Positions 36,423-49,689 of a stretch of 64,000 nucleotides of DNA are shown in pieces. Source of the stretch: Stylophora pistillata (taxonomy: Eukaryota). The notes under the pieces were generated by a model. That model was not told the DNA's origin. It searched no databases and was given only the letters and a program-made list of their open reading frames with translations. The position numbers were made by a program, and so were the translations under genes. Location of the stretch: NCBI RefSeq assembly GCF_002571385.2, contig NW_019218608.1:1-64000 (forward strand), in the 5' to 3' direction. Numbering within the stretch: position 1 is the first letter of the stretch; each line of letters starts with the position of its first letter.

Positions 36423-39288
36423 AACTAAGTTTTTTACCTGTGTATCACTAGTTGTCTCCTCGGAGCAGCGCACAGTCTCGCTGTAATTAGATAATTATTT
36501 CCTACATATCCCTAGAAAACCAAAATAATAATACTATTTTAACTCGGAAGCATGACAAAACTTATATTTTATCTCATGCTGTGTTCATTTTAAAAAGTAA
36601 CCGGTGTTCCGACACAGCATTGCAATGAGTTACCTTGTCCAGTCTCGCAAAGCACACCGAAGGGTAAGTATATTTTTCTCGACATCTCCCTGGATATCCC
36701 TCTGTACGGTTTCTGTTTGCTCTGATGCTCAGTATATTTACAAACTTTACTTGGCCCCCATCCCAAGCCAAATTCGTTCCTGTGCTCGGGACAAATTGGG
36801 AGATCTTCTCCGCACTCGTCGAATAATCCAACGCCGGCGGACCAAACATAATTTACCGTCTTCCTCTACTCCTTCCCCGGAGGCTAAAACAACCATATAA
36901 GTGCTCTTTAAGGGTGCAAGAACAATTCTTCACAATAAAATAGATCTGACGCTCTTGTTTCGAGCAGAAAGGTTACGTTCTTTCTTAGAATATTGCTGAA
37001 AAAACACACACATTTAAAATCGCCCATCTTTACGAAATGTCTGCTTGTATGGTTATGCATGGAAAGCGTGGGAAATGTCGGTGTCTGTGCGTGCCAAGCA
37101 ATCCTCTCAGCGCGTTACCAAAATAATGCCGTTAGAAAACAAAAATGGCCAAAATAATTTGAATTTGCATTTTCGATATACTTGATCATTACTTTGCTTT
37201 TACAGCAAACAAATAAGTACTTTTCTTACTTAAAAGGGCCTAGAAGTTGAGTTGCAATGAAACGAAATAAATAAAACAAAAAGCGGCCAGGCTTCCCATA
37301 TGACTTTTAGATGAGATAAAACTGGAATCAAACATGAAAATGGTTTTCAAAATACTCCTAAAGATCTTCTCGAAGTTTTCCTCCCGTTATGGAGACCCAT
37401 CAACAAACGGAATCTGTATTACGACACTCCGGGACGTGTCACGTGACCCTCCCTTGCACGCCGGATTGCCGTACTTTAAGGGCAAATTCTTCACCTAAAA
37501 TGTAAACATCACAAACTTTTATTTTCGTAATTGCTTAGATCATCAATTTTCCAAGCTGGAAAAACCATTGAAAGGAATCAAAACATAGCCACTTATTTGC
37601 TCTTTCCCGCTATTTTAGAGGTATTTTCTGTTATTTCGCGAAATGGTGAAAATTGTCAAGTTTGATTGATGGCTTGAAAAATATAAAAACAGACAATCAT
37701 ATATCTTTATGTGTGTCCATAAAGATCTAGGTTTGTACTTCAACTTAGCGAAATATCTTTTGTTGGCTTGAGATTTTGGACAAACACCAGCATCATGAAT
37801 TCGCTACATTTTTGGCACGGATTTTTGCGCATTTTTTGAGAAAAACTTAAAACTAGTATATCTCTCTAAAAAATTAGTATCTGGATAAACCGCTTGGTCT
37901 AGATTGTAGGTTCATTGCAGGAAACAAGTGCGCCAAATTTGATCGAATTCAGTGGGGGGTCGTGTCGACTCGTCTGCATGGTTTTCAGGTGGACACGTTC
38001 TTAAAGAGCAGCATAAAGAGATAGAAAAAAAGTTTTTCTTCAATTTACTTCTAATTGTTTGTATTTCATCAGTAAGTAATTAATACAAGCTATGCCTTGC
38101 TCATTTTGATTTCGAAATAAACACAATAAAGTGGTAATTGAACTATCAAACTTACGATCACAAATCACACTCCCGCTTTGCGGTCATGTAACTTTGTCAT
38201 CGCACGTTTGATATCAGACCAAATTGCACTCCACTTAGTTCAATTACCATTATGTAGCATCCTATGCCTAACTAGGAACAACTCAGGTTTTGGTTGGATT
38301 TGAGGAACTACTTATTACCTTGAACTGAGATATCGTTGGTCTAGTGAATTTTATTGTAGAGGGCCTTGAATCTTGAGGGGATTTCAAATGATAGACTACA
38401 AAGGCTGCAGTGCCACAGGGGTCTCCCATGATCCATACATTTAGAACAGCTGAATGATATACACTGTTGTACATTGTATTGATTTCCCAATTCAACAGGA
38501 ATAATGTGCTCGTTGAGATCTTTTATGCCATTTCCAGAGTAGTAAACTGATTAATTATAGATCAAGAAATTAAATCTAAAAAGAAAGGGACACTAATTAT
38601 ATTTTTGCTTTTTCTGCATGACTTGGTTCCTATACCTGTGGAATCACAGCAATTTCTAAAGAATGCAATGCCAATTCGGAATGCATTTATCATTTTTTAC
38701 AACCAACTTTACTTTTTTCCATAAAAGACGTTTGCAAAAAGCCATGAAATATTTATTCAAATCAATAGCAGCATTTTCTTCCGATTCCCTTGTTTACCTT
38801 TCGTAGTTATCAACTACTTGAAAGTAATTAGCCCTTCGAAGATATTAAAAAATTTACGCGGTATGAATTTATAAAACAATGTCTGTAAATCTAGGAAATG
38901 TTGCGATATAACATACCCCTTTTTCTATGCTAGCTCGGGCAAATTTGAAATTTAAGTGTCCCACAAACATATAAAGTGGAAAGGGCATAATCCGTTTAGT
39001 TGTTGAAAGCTTACTTACCTTTCCTGGGCAAAGAAAAGCGCATGGTGTACCTTCAGAACTTACCAGCCGGCCGCCATTTTGTTTTGTCGTCACGCATATG
39101 TACATCAGTGACTCCCCAGACGTACATCAGTGACTCTCTATGTGTACATATGGCCGACTAGCGTACATACCATATATGGAAGTAGCGCGAGAGACCCTTC
39201 TCCTTCTGTCATGCGATCCCCGTAATTAAATATCCGCGAAATTCGCTTGCACTGAAATAACAATTTATCGTGTTCGATAATGAATAAC

Positions 39289-39425
39289 TTACTGGACGTT
39301 TTGGTGTATCGTATTGCTGAGTATTTTTACTCGTCATTCGTATTTTGGCTCGCCCTACGGGCTCGTCAAAATACGGCACAACTAGTAAAGATACTCAGCG
39401 ATAGTACACAACAAAACGTCTAATA
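39289..39425. repeat. Palindromic MITE-like hairpin
   Basis: ttactggacgttttggtgta...gctgagtat pairs with atactcagc...tacacaacaaaacgtctaataa, with a central gccctacgggc. Confidence 0.75.
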
Positions 39426-42400
39426 AGATACATATATGCTCCTCTTACTTGCAGACGCACACGCCATTCGTGGTAGACCCACAGTGAAAGGTGTGGAGCG
39501 TTTTCGGAATCGTCGGTCCACGAATTCTATGATTTGAAAGCGTCGAAGACTTTGCATAAAAAAGAACTGAATAACTCAGATGTTGAAAAGCTCTAGAGGT
39601 CAGAAATCTAGAGCCAGATTAGAATCAGCACTCTTTCATTCTTTGAAAGCTGTTGTATGCATGGTGCAAAGTCGTCGAACGTGTGAGTTAATTTGTGCTG
39701 ATAATACACTTGTTTACTGCTGCTGATCTAAGAGTCTAAAAGTACCTCACTAATCGAGGACCTACTTAATGCTAGTTTGAGGTGGTAAATATCCCATTTA
39801 TCAAATTTTTACACCCGAGACACTGAAAGCGACGGAGGAGCGTGCTTGTTTACTACTGTTAGCGATTCAATTAAAAAAATTAACATCGGGTTTTATTTGG
39901 CCTAAAAAATCAATTTTAACCGACAAATACTTTTGAGGTCAAGCGTCTTTGTTAGTTCGTACGTGCCTGAAGTTTTGTTTCTGAGTGCGCGATGCTGCTT
40001 TCTTCCTTAAACTAAAACGGATGACGCTATTGACTTTTTCGATTTGCGAAGGATTCATCCCCTTCAGCTTCAAGGAAACTATTTTCTGTCAAATTCGTCA
40101 GCAACAAGGAATGTAATTTTGTGATTTGCTTGTTAAATCGGAATCGTTTGAGGTCAATTAAACGACTCAATGCCTCTCTGAAAGCCCTCTCAAGTTTCTT
40201 AATTGTCAACCCGGATATATTTCCAGAGCGCTATTGTTCATCGCTACATTTATTTCAATTACTGTATTTTGAATCTGCTCACAAGCCAAACGGTCAGCAA
40301 AGTTCTTCTTCCCTTTTGAAACAAGCACATGAATTATTGCAAAGATTCACTTGGTTACAAGCTTGGGAATTTTATGGCTGAAAGGAAACAAGAGAACACC
40401 AACTTAGTAAATCCTAGACTTCTCACGGATGTGCCGACCCTAGGATGGGTTTTTCATCTGTTCGTGTAAAGGTGTCACGTGAATGCATCTTTGTTTGCTA
40501 TATATCAATCGATACCCACGTACACGAGTGCGCGCCCAGTGACGATCAATTCGGTGATTCTATAGCGGCAAAAAACAGTTGGTCATTGAGCTAGTTATGT
40601 TTTTATTTGCTCGGCCGACCATGTATCAACCTACTTTTGTCAATACTTTGTCACTTGTAGTGGAAAAATTGGTTAGGTTGCAAAACTGAAGTTACAAACG
40701 CTTCGCGTGACAGAGTGACGGTTATACGCTTGAGCGGGTTGTTGTGAAAATTACTCGGTCACTTTTGTACTCTTAAAATAAATTATGTTTACCGGTGGCA
40801 TAACATTTTTTCTATTTGTTGCAATGAATTAAGCTACCCGTGCATCCCACATACACATTTGTGGGTGTGTTGTTTTAAGTTGAAACGGAACACATGAAAT
40901 TGTATCACAATAATAGTGGGGAGGATGAAACAGGACCAAAAGCCCTGAAAAAAAAAGAGACAGCAACAAAACCTTGGTCTTGTTATTCTAGAATGCAGAA
41001 CATACTGTATTGGGGAAGATGCTCTATCAGTTACTGCATTCCTTTGTTTTACACTTATCGTGACTCATTACCGTGTCATAATATTAATTCAGAACTCCAT
41101 TTACAGAAAGAAAACCATTACCAGAAGCAAAGTGATCAAAAATAACTCATCGTTCCATCATGCTTACTTTGGTGAGTTCAGTTTTCGTGAGTAGAAATTG
41201 CCTGTCTTTGTATTTGACCTTAACGTGGTTGATGAAAGCACACTTTAACTCAGACTTAAGAATTCGCTATTGGTGAATTGGAAGTTCGAGTTGAAGTCTA
41301 TGGGTTTGGGACTTTGAGTAAATCAGCATTCTGTTCCTCCGGTCAGTTCATAAATTAAGTATAACTTCCTCATGCGCTGAGTCGATCTCACGAACAAAAG
41401 TCAACTTGATCATGAGGGAAAAGGACCATCGTAAACAATTGATTCACACTCTTCAAATTAACGAAGAGTATTTCAAACAATCCATGTAGTGAATAATCGA
41501 TAACTGGCTACTGTAACAGAATGTCTGGGGTTACGTAGGCTAACTAACAGTACCAATGAAAGGTCACGCGCACGAAGTCATAGGGAGTATTTTTGTTCCT
41601 GAGTTGCTTATTAGCGGGAGGCATTATGTCATGGGGAGAACTTCAAAGCAGACAAACAATTTTCCCGTGTTCCCGGTAACGGCAATTACCGAAATATCTA
41701 AGAAGTACAACATAACAGATAACATTTACAAATTTTTAGGTCCTGGTATATTATGAATAAATTTCGTTCGAAAACTTGATCCTTTCCGTCTGAGGTTGAG
41801 AAGTGAAACGCCATAGATTGATAGTTGTTCCTGCCGTCATAAGTTATTACAGATTTATATATTGGTTCATTATTTTCATTTTCCAAAGTGAGTTGATCTT
41901 TCTTAACCCCCCTCTGCCCTCCATTAAAGTGCTTACTTCTATCACGTACGTACTGTGAGCTGTCACGTTTCAACAAATGCTTCTTGTAATTCCTGACCCT
42001 AAATCAGTAGTCTACGTGTTGCAGAAATAACAAACAAGTTTTCGAACTGCTCAGTTTTCAAGGAAGTAACTTCCAAAGGCACAATTATATCTAACCCCCA
42101 TGTGTAAGAACAAAAACATATTCTATTGAGCTTAGGAGGACACGGATGAATTAGTATGGGAATCTTGGTGATTATTATTGCAATTTTACCTTTTGTTTTC
42201 TCTAAACCTTCTGATGAAAGTCGGTCCATGGATGAAAGCAAAGTAAGTCGGCTAAGTCTAACAAATAATATGGTAACTTAGGTTTAAGAGTGATCGACTC
42301 ATACAGACAGAAATTTGGTTGCAAGCTAAGGGACGCAATAATCAATCTTAGGTCAATGCAATATATCAATTCAATAGGTTTTTGAGCGGGAATGAGCCAT

Positions 42401-42660
42401 TGTAAAGACATTTCCGTCGGCCTAAGTGCAAAAAGCGCATTAATTCGTAAGGCCTACTTAAATTCAATTAAAAACTAACCAAGAGATAGACAAGCAAGAG
42501 AGGTATTTTGCTAGCCTGAATAGGTTTCGAGATGGACCAGAGGTTGTCAGAAGTCACAGGAGCACGAATGCGAGAGAAGTCTGGAAAATTTGCTTTACTA
42601 GGGCAAACAGTATAGATTACCCCCTCCGATCTCCGACCATTACTGTTCGGAACTTAACTA

Positions 42661-43365
42661 CAGTCGAAGCTCTCTTAATGGACACTCTCGTAAGCGAACA
42701 GCTCTACTTACGGCCGCCTTGAAACCCCGTTTTAACTCCCACACAAACTCTGCATTTTTACATTCTCGTAAGCAAACATTCCCGTGAGCGGCCGCGGACA
42801 CTTTCAGGGACTTTTTCTTTGTTTTTAAGCTCTCATAAGCGGACACCCGAGAGAAAATCAACAACCTCTATACAGTATCTTGTTTTTAATCAATCAACTA
42901 TTTTACATTACCGTTCGTCACAATAATTTTACAGTAATTACAGTACCATATTTCAATGTTTGTTTTGTCGTCATCCACCTCCGGTTACATTTCAAAGCAT
43001 ATGAGCTTGTGACTGGAATTACAACGTTGTCAGCACACTGTAGCCAAGGCACCCAAGTTTCGATTTTAGCCAAGGCATAGACATTTTAGTGTCACCATCA
43101 CATATATACTGGCAAGGAATTTCTAAGTCGTATACGGCTCCTCTGTTTACTCGCTTTCCCCTTACAACAGTCTTTCCTTTGTTTGTTCCCCGCTTTAAAA
43201 ACTTTCTAACAAACAGCAACATCCTCAAAGGAGTGTGTCCGAGTATTTCACGGTTCTTGTTTATGGTGTTTGGGTGTTCTTGAGTCTACAGTTCTTGATG
43301 ATACGTTTATTCACGTGGTCTTACTTCAGCCACTGCATTTGTGTCCTTCACATTGTTTGGCTAGT
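42661..43365 (-). mobile_element. Pogo/Tigger-type element end with HIRAN-like ORF relic (43019-43365, minus)
   Basis: TA|CAGTCGAAGCTCTCTTAATGGACAC TIR with subterminal repeats. Minus strand reads PNNVKDTNAVA...ILGHTPL...FLK...VRGKRVNRG...LEIPCQY. Confidence 0.7.
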
Positions 43366-43806
43366 ACTGCAGTATACAGTACTGTAATTTTAGCGGCGAT
43401 AGGTTGATGAGCTGAGTCAAATCTCACATTGGATACAAACACCACGACGTGGAGTTAAATGACGTTATTCTTTAATGTGGTCCAACACGTAAAAACTGAA
43501 ACAAGGATGCAATAGGCAAGCTGAATCTTAACTATAGCTTAATCGATTCAAGGCACGAGTAAAATCGCTAGCCGATCCGAACGATAAACATTATACAAGA
43601 AGAAATAAGTATATCGCGAAATCAGTGAATGTCGGCGACTGAACCGATGAATTAAGAGATAAAAGGAATTAAATGACAAACAACGTTAGAGCGATTACGA
43701 TGAGTAATATAAAAGGGCGTACCTCTATCCCGATCTTGGGGCGAAAACGTGCACAAACAAAACAGAAACGATAAATCNNNNNNNNNNNTATCAAGCCACT
43801 AGGCTT

Positions 43807-46493
43807 AGATCAAATAAATTCAAAATAGCTAACCTTTTCTAGCTGTAAATTATTCTTTCGGAATAGTTTCTCTGATGAGTCAATTCCTCCAGTTTCTAAC
43901 TCCAACAAATCCCACTGTTATCCAATCTAGTTAAAATGCAAATATTTTACAGAAATTGCGCACGTTTTGTAGCGTAACCAAATTATTATTGTCGTAATAT
44001 GAGATACAAACTACCTTCTGTATGTACCTGTTAAATAATGGCAAGCAGCTCAATTATTCAGCAAACAGACGCGGTGCAATGAACTATGGTGTAGATTTAT
44101 TGAAGAGTGTATCATATGAGAAAGGTAGTTCTTTATCTTTTTCTTGAAACTATTAAGCTAACATACATTATATATTGTTTGCACTTCGTTTATTCGAATT
44201 TAGACATGGCTCTTAGTGTGCAGGCGTTACTGCGGCTGAAGGAAACAACGGATTTTGTGGAGTTGGCCTGGCTTACAATGCTCGTATAAGAGGGAAGAAA
44301 ACTCTTTTTTATCTGTAGAAAAAGTGATTTCTAGTGACTAAATAGATAATAGATACTCTGCGCTTTCTCCCCATTGCCTTAGTCTCCATAGAATGATTCT
44401 TGGCTATGAGATTTATTGAAAATTGGTGTCTTAAAAATTGAATGCCCCATTTGAAAGACTAAAAGAAAACTTTTTTGACTTGAAGAGCGGACAAAAAATC
44501 TCGCAAACTTAAAATTGTTATCATTGCTTGTATTTTAAGAACGTGTTCACGAGAAAACCGGGCGGGGGAAGATAAAGCCCAAATCATCGATTTGGCTTAA
44601 ACTTGGCACAGATGCTAAGTATCATGAGTTAACAAATATGTGAAATAATAGGTCAAAATATTTAATTTCCTGAGAGATATAGGGCCCCCCTTGCAACACC
44701 CTCAATTCCTAAATTTTTTGCAATGCTCCTATAAGAGGCAAGAAAACTCATCTTCATCTGTAGAAAAAGTGATTTCTAGTGACTAAATAGATAATAGATA
44801 CTCTGCGCTTTCTGCCCTTACATTGGTGCTGTTACAAACCGAAAACCCATCAGACCTTAAGAAAACTAAATTGTTCTAACCTTTTCATTTCATATCTTTC
44901 CTTACCTCTCCTCTAAGTATAAACAATTTTTTTTGGTTTTGACAAAGTCCAAGAATAAGGGTATTTTAAGGCCCAATATCTCCGAAGACCAACCACTTCT
45001 GATCATTATTCGTACCTGGGCAGTGAAAACTATCAACGGACTTCCAAAATCAGTAATAAAATTTTAATGGCATCAATATGAGTGAATGTTGTCATAGAGA
45101 ATGATAAATTCAGTCTCACTCTGAGATCAAGTCGCTGATTCTAATAAAAAACTCGTCAAAAGGTGCGATAAACCAATTAAAGTGCCGGAAATTGAAAGAA
45201 CTGTCAGCTAGAATTTATCGTTGAATGAAAGCAACGGCAGGAGAGACTGAGCAGAAAATATAAAGAAACCAATGGAAAATAACGATATGCAAGATAAAGG
45301 CACGAACTATAAAGTGCTACTGAAGAATACTATAGTTTAGACGGATAAAACTCCATTTTTGTGGCCAGTGTGTACCACTGCGCTTACGATCTGATTAATC
45401 TGTACGGAAAGTTTTTAAAGTCTGCATGCCAGGAGGCAGTATTAATGTATTCCGAAAGTTTCTTTGGAGAAATAAAGGTCATTTGTAGAGTTTTGATTAA
45501 TCATATCTATTTCGATCGTGAGAACTTAACTTTAAATTCTTTAATAACTTTATTAGACCACACCACGACAAAAGTGGAAAAATTGAAAGACAACAACGTC
45601 AAGTCGTGTGCACTGATTCATACTTTGTCCAGCTATTTTGTTTACTCGCGGTACACTATTTTCCTTCAACCAAATTTGTTTCTGTTGCTTCAGCTTGAGT
45701 TCAAAATTCCATGGAGTCCTAGCTAAAATTTACAGAAAGAGCTTAAGACGCTTAAATTTGGCAAAACTATCAAATAAAAGCTGAAATTGCGGAGAGCAAC
45801 CTGAGTTTCCATAAACCTTGAGTGTACATTCACTTTGCAAGTGGTTTTTGTTCTTGTCAGTAAATAATATTTTCATTAATATTTAAATGAAAACTCAGTT
45901 AGTTTGACAGTACGATATTCTTGAAGTACAAACATTAGAACCTATATTTTCTTCTCGGCGAGCAGTTGGGATCCTAGTGGACTCGAATTTCTGAAGTTCT
46001 TTCACTCTAACCGCGCATCGCAAAATAAAGGCATAAAACGGAGCAACCAGAAAAAATTAAACTGACTTTTAAATATCAGATTTGATAATGTTTGAAAAAT
46101 AAAATCTTTGTTGTTGTTTTTGGCGTTCAAAGTGTCCTCCTCGTTTCCTCCAAACCAAAAGCCTTATACAGAGATATATACGATAGATTCTTCACCAATG
46201 AGAGCGCACGTTGTACCTAAGTTATGTCATAGATCAATATAAATTTCTCGAAGCGAACTGAAAACCTCAACTAGAAGCATTTTAATGACAAGAACACGCA
46301 TTAAACTTCGATAGCATTTTATCCAAAGCCACTGACTTTAATCACACTCTGATTCAAAGTACTAAACCGATTTCAAATGATTCTCTCAGGGTAGCTTCTC
46401 TAAAGGATCAGTCTTTTCCGACATTAAGAGTCCCCTCCCCATCTATTTATGCGCAGCATTTATAAAGATGTTATTGAGACTTTGTAGCGCAAC
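43807..46493 (+). repeat. Segmental duplicate of ~49258-51987
   Basis: Colinear high similarity up to gcgcaact, where the RTE LINE is inserted. Confidence 0.95.
44204..44292 (+). pseudogene. Convertase catalytic-His exon with premature stop
   Basis: HGS*CAGVTAAEGNNGFCGVGLAYNARIR; TAG at 44214-44216 where copy B has AAG. Confidence 0.9.
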
Positions 46494-49246
46494 TGGGGGA
46501 GTATGGGAAGTATGGGGTGCCAGGGAGTGGTAGTACCTCTGACGGGGAGACATGTCGCACCCTCTGGGGTGGTCCATCCACTTTTGTCCGCACCTGGAAC
46601 TCAACTCTCACCTGTGGCTCCAAGTAGCTGTGGCATGCGCAGCGGCCACACCCCAGCAAACCATTTCGACAGGCGGGCGAAACCAGGTGAGGGTAGCCGT
46701 CAGGTCTAAAACCCTCGGTAAACTAGGGAATGTCTACCCAAGCATGTGAAGACTGAACCCGGCCGACTGGGCGGAAGAGATAATCTGATCCAACGGCTAC
46801 GAAGGCGGCGACAGCAAGGTGTTGTAGAGCGCCAAGAGCACGACATGACACAGAAGACGTCGGGGTCATCTACTGCAGCCAAAGAAGCTTCCGGTCGTGA
46901 CGTCTCTACGTACCACTGGAATTCAGCTTCCTAGGCCGAGAGAAGAGGGATCACCCGCGTGTAACGACCCTCCCAATATAAACAACCTCATGCACAGGTT
47001 CTCTATGTGCAACTTTTTCTGAACATCTCAACTCTTCTTCTGTATCCCGCTATCGTCAAAGTCCTACGGCGATGGGGAAAGGGCGAAGCAACAGGTGGAG
47101 GAACCCACTGGCAGTTGTAGCTCCAGCCCTGCATATAGGCGGCCTGGAGGTAAGAGTCGCTCTCCTTCTGACCCTGGGACAACAGAAGAGTTCGGCGTTT
47201 TCTCAGGTGACTGAGCAGCCCTGTTTAGGATAGCACCGCTCACCCTCCAATGAGGAGGAGACTAGAAAAGGCGTCTCAAACATTGCTTGTCCCATCACCT
47301 ACTGGCCAGTCTACCGCGGCTGGCAGTGTTACCCCTTTTGCGGTCGAAACACAAAGAGAATGAAACAGATGATTTTCGGAGCATGAATCGTCCGAACACT
47401 TATGGACAGGGAAACTTCAACAATGCCAGAGAGGAGAACAGCCCTTGTTGCAAAAGAACTGTCACGCTACAGGATCGACATTGCCGCACTCAGTGAAACT
47501 AGGCTAGCAGATGAAGGATCCGTTGCTGAGCTCAAAGGGGGATACACCTTCCTCTGGAAAGGCAAAGCTCAAGCCGAAGAAAGAATCCATGGAATAGGTT
47601 TGGCAATCAAGACATCAATTCTGGAGCAGCTGCCAGACCTCCCTTCTACCATCAACGAACACCTAATAGAGCTTCGTTTTCCACTAAACGCCTTCCGACA
47701 TATTACAATCATCAGTGCATACGCACCAACAATGACCAGCAGTGATGAAGCAAAGGAAACCTTCTATGAGGATCTGAATAACCTTGCAAAGGATGTACCC
47801 AGCGGAGATACACTCTTACTGCTGGGCGACTTTAACGCAAGAGTCGGCTCTGACTACACAAACTGGTATGGCGTGCTGGGACCACATGGAATGGGGAAGA
47901 TGAACTCCAATGGTCTGCTACTTCTGAGCCTATGTGCAGAGAACAACCTGACAATCACCAACACCCTGTTTCGGCAAGCTGACAAGTACAAATCAACTTG
48001 GATGCATTCAAGGTCCAAACAGGGGCACCTGATTGATTACATTATCTGCCGCAGACGAGATGCTAGAGACTTCAGGATTACCAGGGCCCTGCGAGGAGCA
48101 GAATGTTGGACTGACCATCGACTCGTCATATCTGCCGTCAAGCTCTACATCGCCCCCACTCGTCAGAAGAAGCCCAAGCTCATCCGACCGTCATTCAACA
48201 TCGCCAAACTCAAACATTCAGACCACCGAGACCACTTTTTGAACAGCCTGGACGACAAGATGACCTCCCACGGACCACTCTCTGGAAGCCCTACACAACA
48301 ATGGGACCAGTTTAGTTCGATGTTGAAGGAGTCAGCTCAGTCGATACTTGGTCCAAAGAAGAGAGTGCACCAGGACTGGTTCGATGAAAATGATCAAGCC
48401 ATCACTCAGCTCTTAGACGAGAAGCAGAAGGCATTTGTGGCCTGGCAGAATGATCTTCCTCCATCTCTAAGCGTGATCACTCCAAACACCTTCAGCACCG
48501 AGCCCAGACCACCCTACGCCACATGCAGGATGAATGTTGGAAGATCAAGGCCCAAGAAGTCAAACTATGGGCTGATATGAAAAACTCGAAGATGTTCTTC
48601 AGCACCATCAAGGCAGTGTACGGACCGTCCCGGCCTAACACGACCCCTCTCCTGTCAACAAATGACGCTCTACTGAAGGAGAAGAACGCCATCAACGAAA
48701 GACGGAGGGAACACTTCAACATCCTTCTCAACAGATCCTCTACTGTTAGCAATGAATCACTGGACCAGATCCCTCAGAGACCCACAATAGACAGCCTCGA
48801 CCTCCCTCCCAGCATGGAGGAGGTCCAGAAGGCCATCAAGCAGACCAGCTCAGGAGAAGCCCCCGGCGAGGATGGGATCCCTGCACAAATCTACAAGGCT
48901 GCAGGACCAGTGACCCTTAACGCCTTCCACAGCCTCCTCTGCAGCATATGGGAGGAAGAGGACATTCCCCAGGAGTTCAGAGACGCCACAATCATCTCCC
49001 TGTACAAAAACAAGGGCAGCAAATCTGACTGTGGCAACTACCGGGGCATATCACTCCTGTCTATTGCTGGTAAGATCCTGGCGCGCATCATCCTGAATCG
49101 CCTGATCTTCAACATCTCTGAGCACAACCTACCAGAAGCCCAGTGTGGATTCCGTCCAGGCCGCAGCACAACTGACATGATCTTTGCGGTCCGGCAAGTA
49201 CAGGAGAAGTGCAGGGAACAGAATATGGATCTGTATGCAGTATAAC
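46494..49246 (+). mobile_element. RTE-clade LINE (5' UTR, APE, N-terminal RT), cut by assembly gap
   Basis: GA*IVRTLMD...ALSETRL...LLGDFNARVG...IDYI...TDH (APE) and CGNYRGISLLSIAGKILAR...QCGFRPGRSTTDMIF (RT). One frameshift at ~48460. Empty site at ~51988 in the paralogue. Confidence 0.95.
46565..46694 (+). ncRNA. Candidate HDV-like ribozyme in RTE 5' UTR
   Basis: P1 ggggtg/cacccc, P2 ctctcacctg/caggtgaggg, P3 tggc/gcca, L3 beginning tcc, and J4/2-like gcgaaa. L3 is unusually long and P1.1 is imperfect. Confidence 0.45.
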
Positions 49247-49689
49247 NNNNNNNNNNNTAGATCAAATAAATTCAAAATAGCTAACCTTTTCTAGCTGTAA
49301 ATTATTCTTTCGGAATAGTTTCTCTGATGAGTCAATTCCTCCAGTTTCTAACTCCACGTGGGTAAATAAAGTATTGATTGATTGATTGATCGAAATCCCA
49401 CTGTTATCCAATCTAGTTAAAATGCAAATATTTTACAGAAATTGCGCACGTTTTGTAGCGTAACCAAATTATTATTGTCGTAATATGAGATAAAAACTAC
49501 CTTCTGTATGTACCTGTTAAATCATGGCAAGCAGCTCAATTATTCAGCAAACAGACGCGGTGCAATGAACTATGGTGTAGATTTATTGAAGAGTGTATCA
49601 TATGAGAAAGGTCGTTCTTTATCTTTTGCTTGCCCCTATTAAGCTAACATACATTATATATTGTTTGCACTTTGTTTATTCCAATTTAG

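Larger units (their letters stand above)
32500..38001 (-). mobile_element. Second Sola3-like transposon remnant (same protein family as 12059-15653), interrupted by nested insertions
   Basis: N-terminal ICPEHRNEFGLGW (~36780), GHDGTTVAQLKEAIDSHGGVKG (~33350), CPEEGC...HLDFGKH and GWALK...GEETGRK (32551-33207). TTAA-bounded terminus at ~38001. Confidence 0.6.

Noticed and set aside
41698-42411. Overlapping minus-strand ORFs that might be one frameshifted pseudogene
   Set aside because: No motif I can identify.
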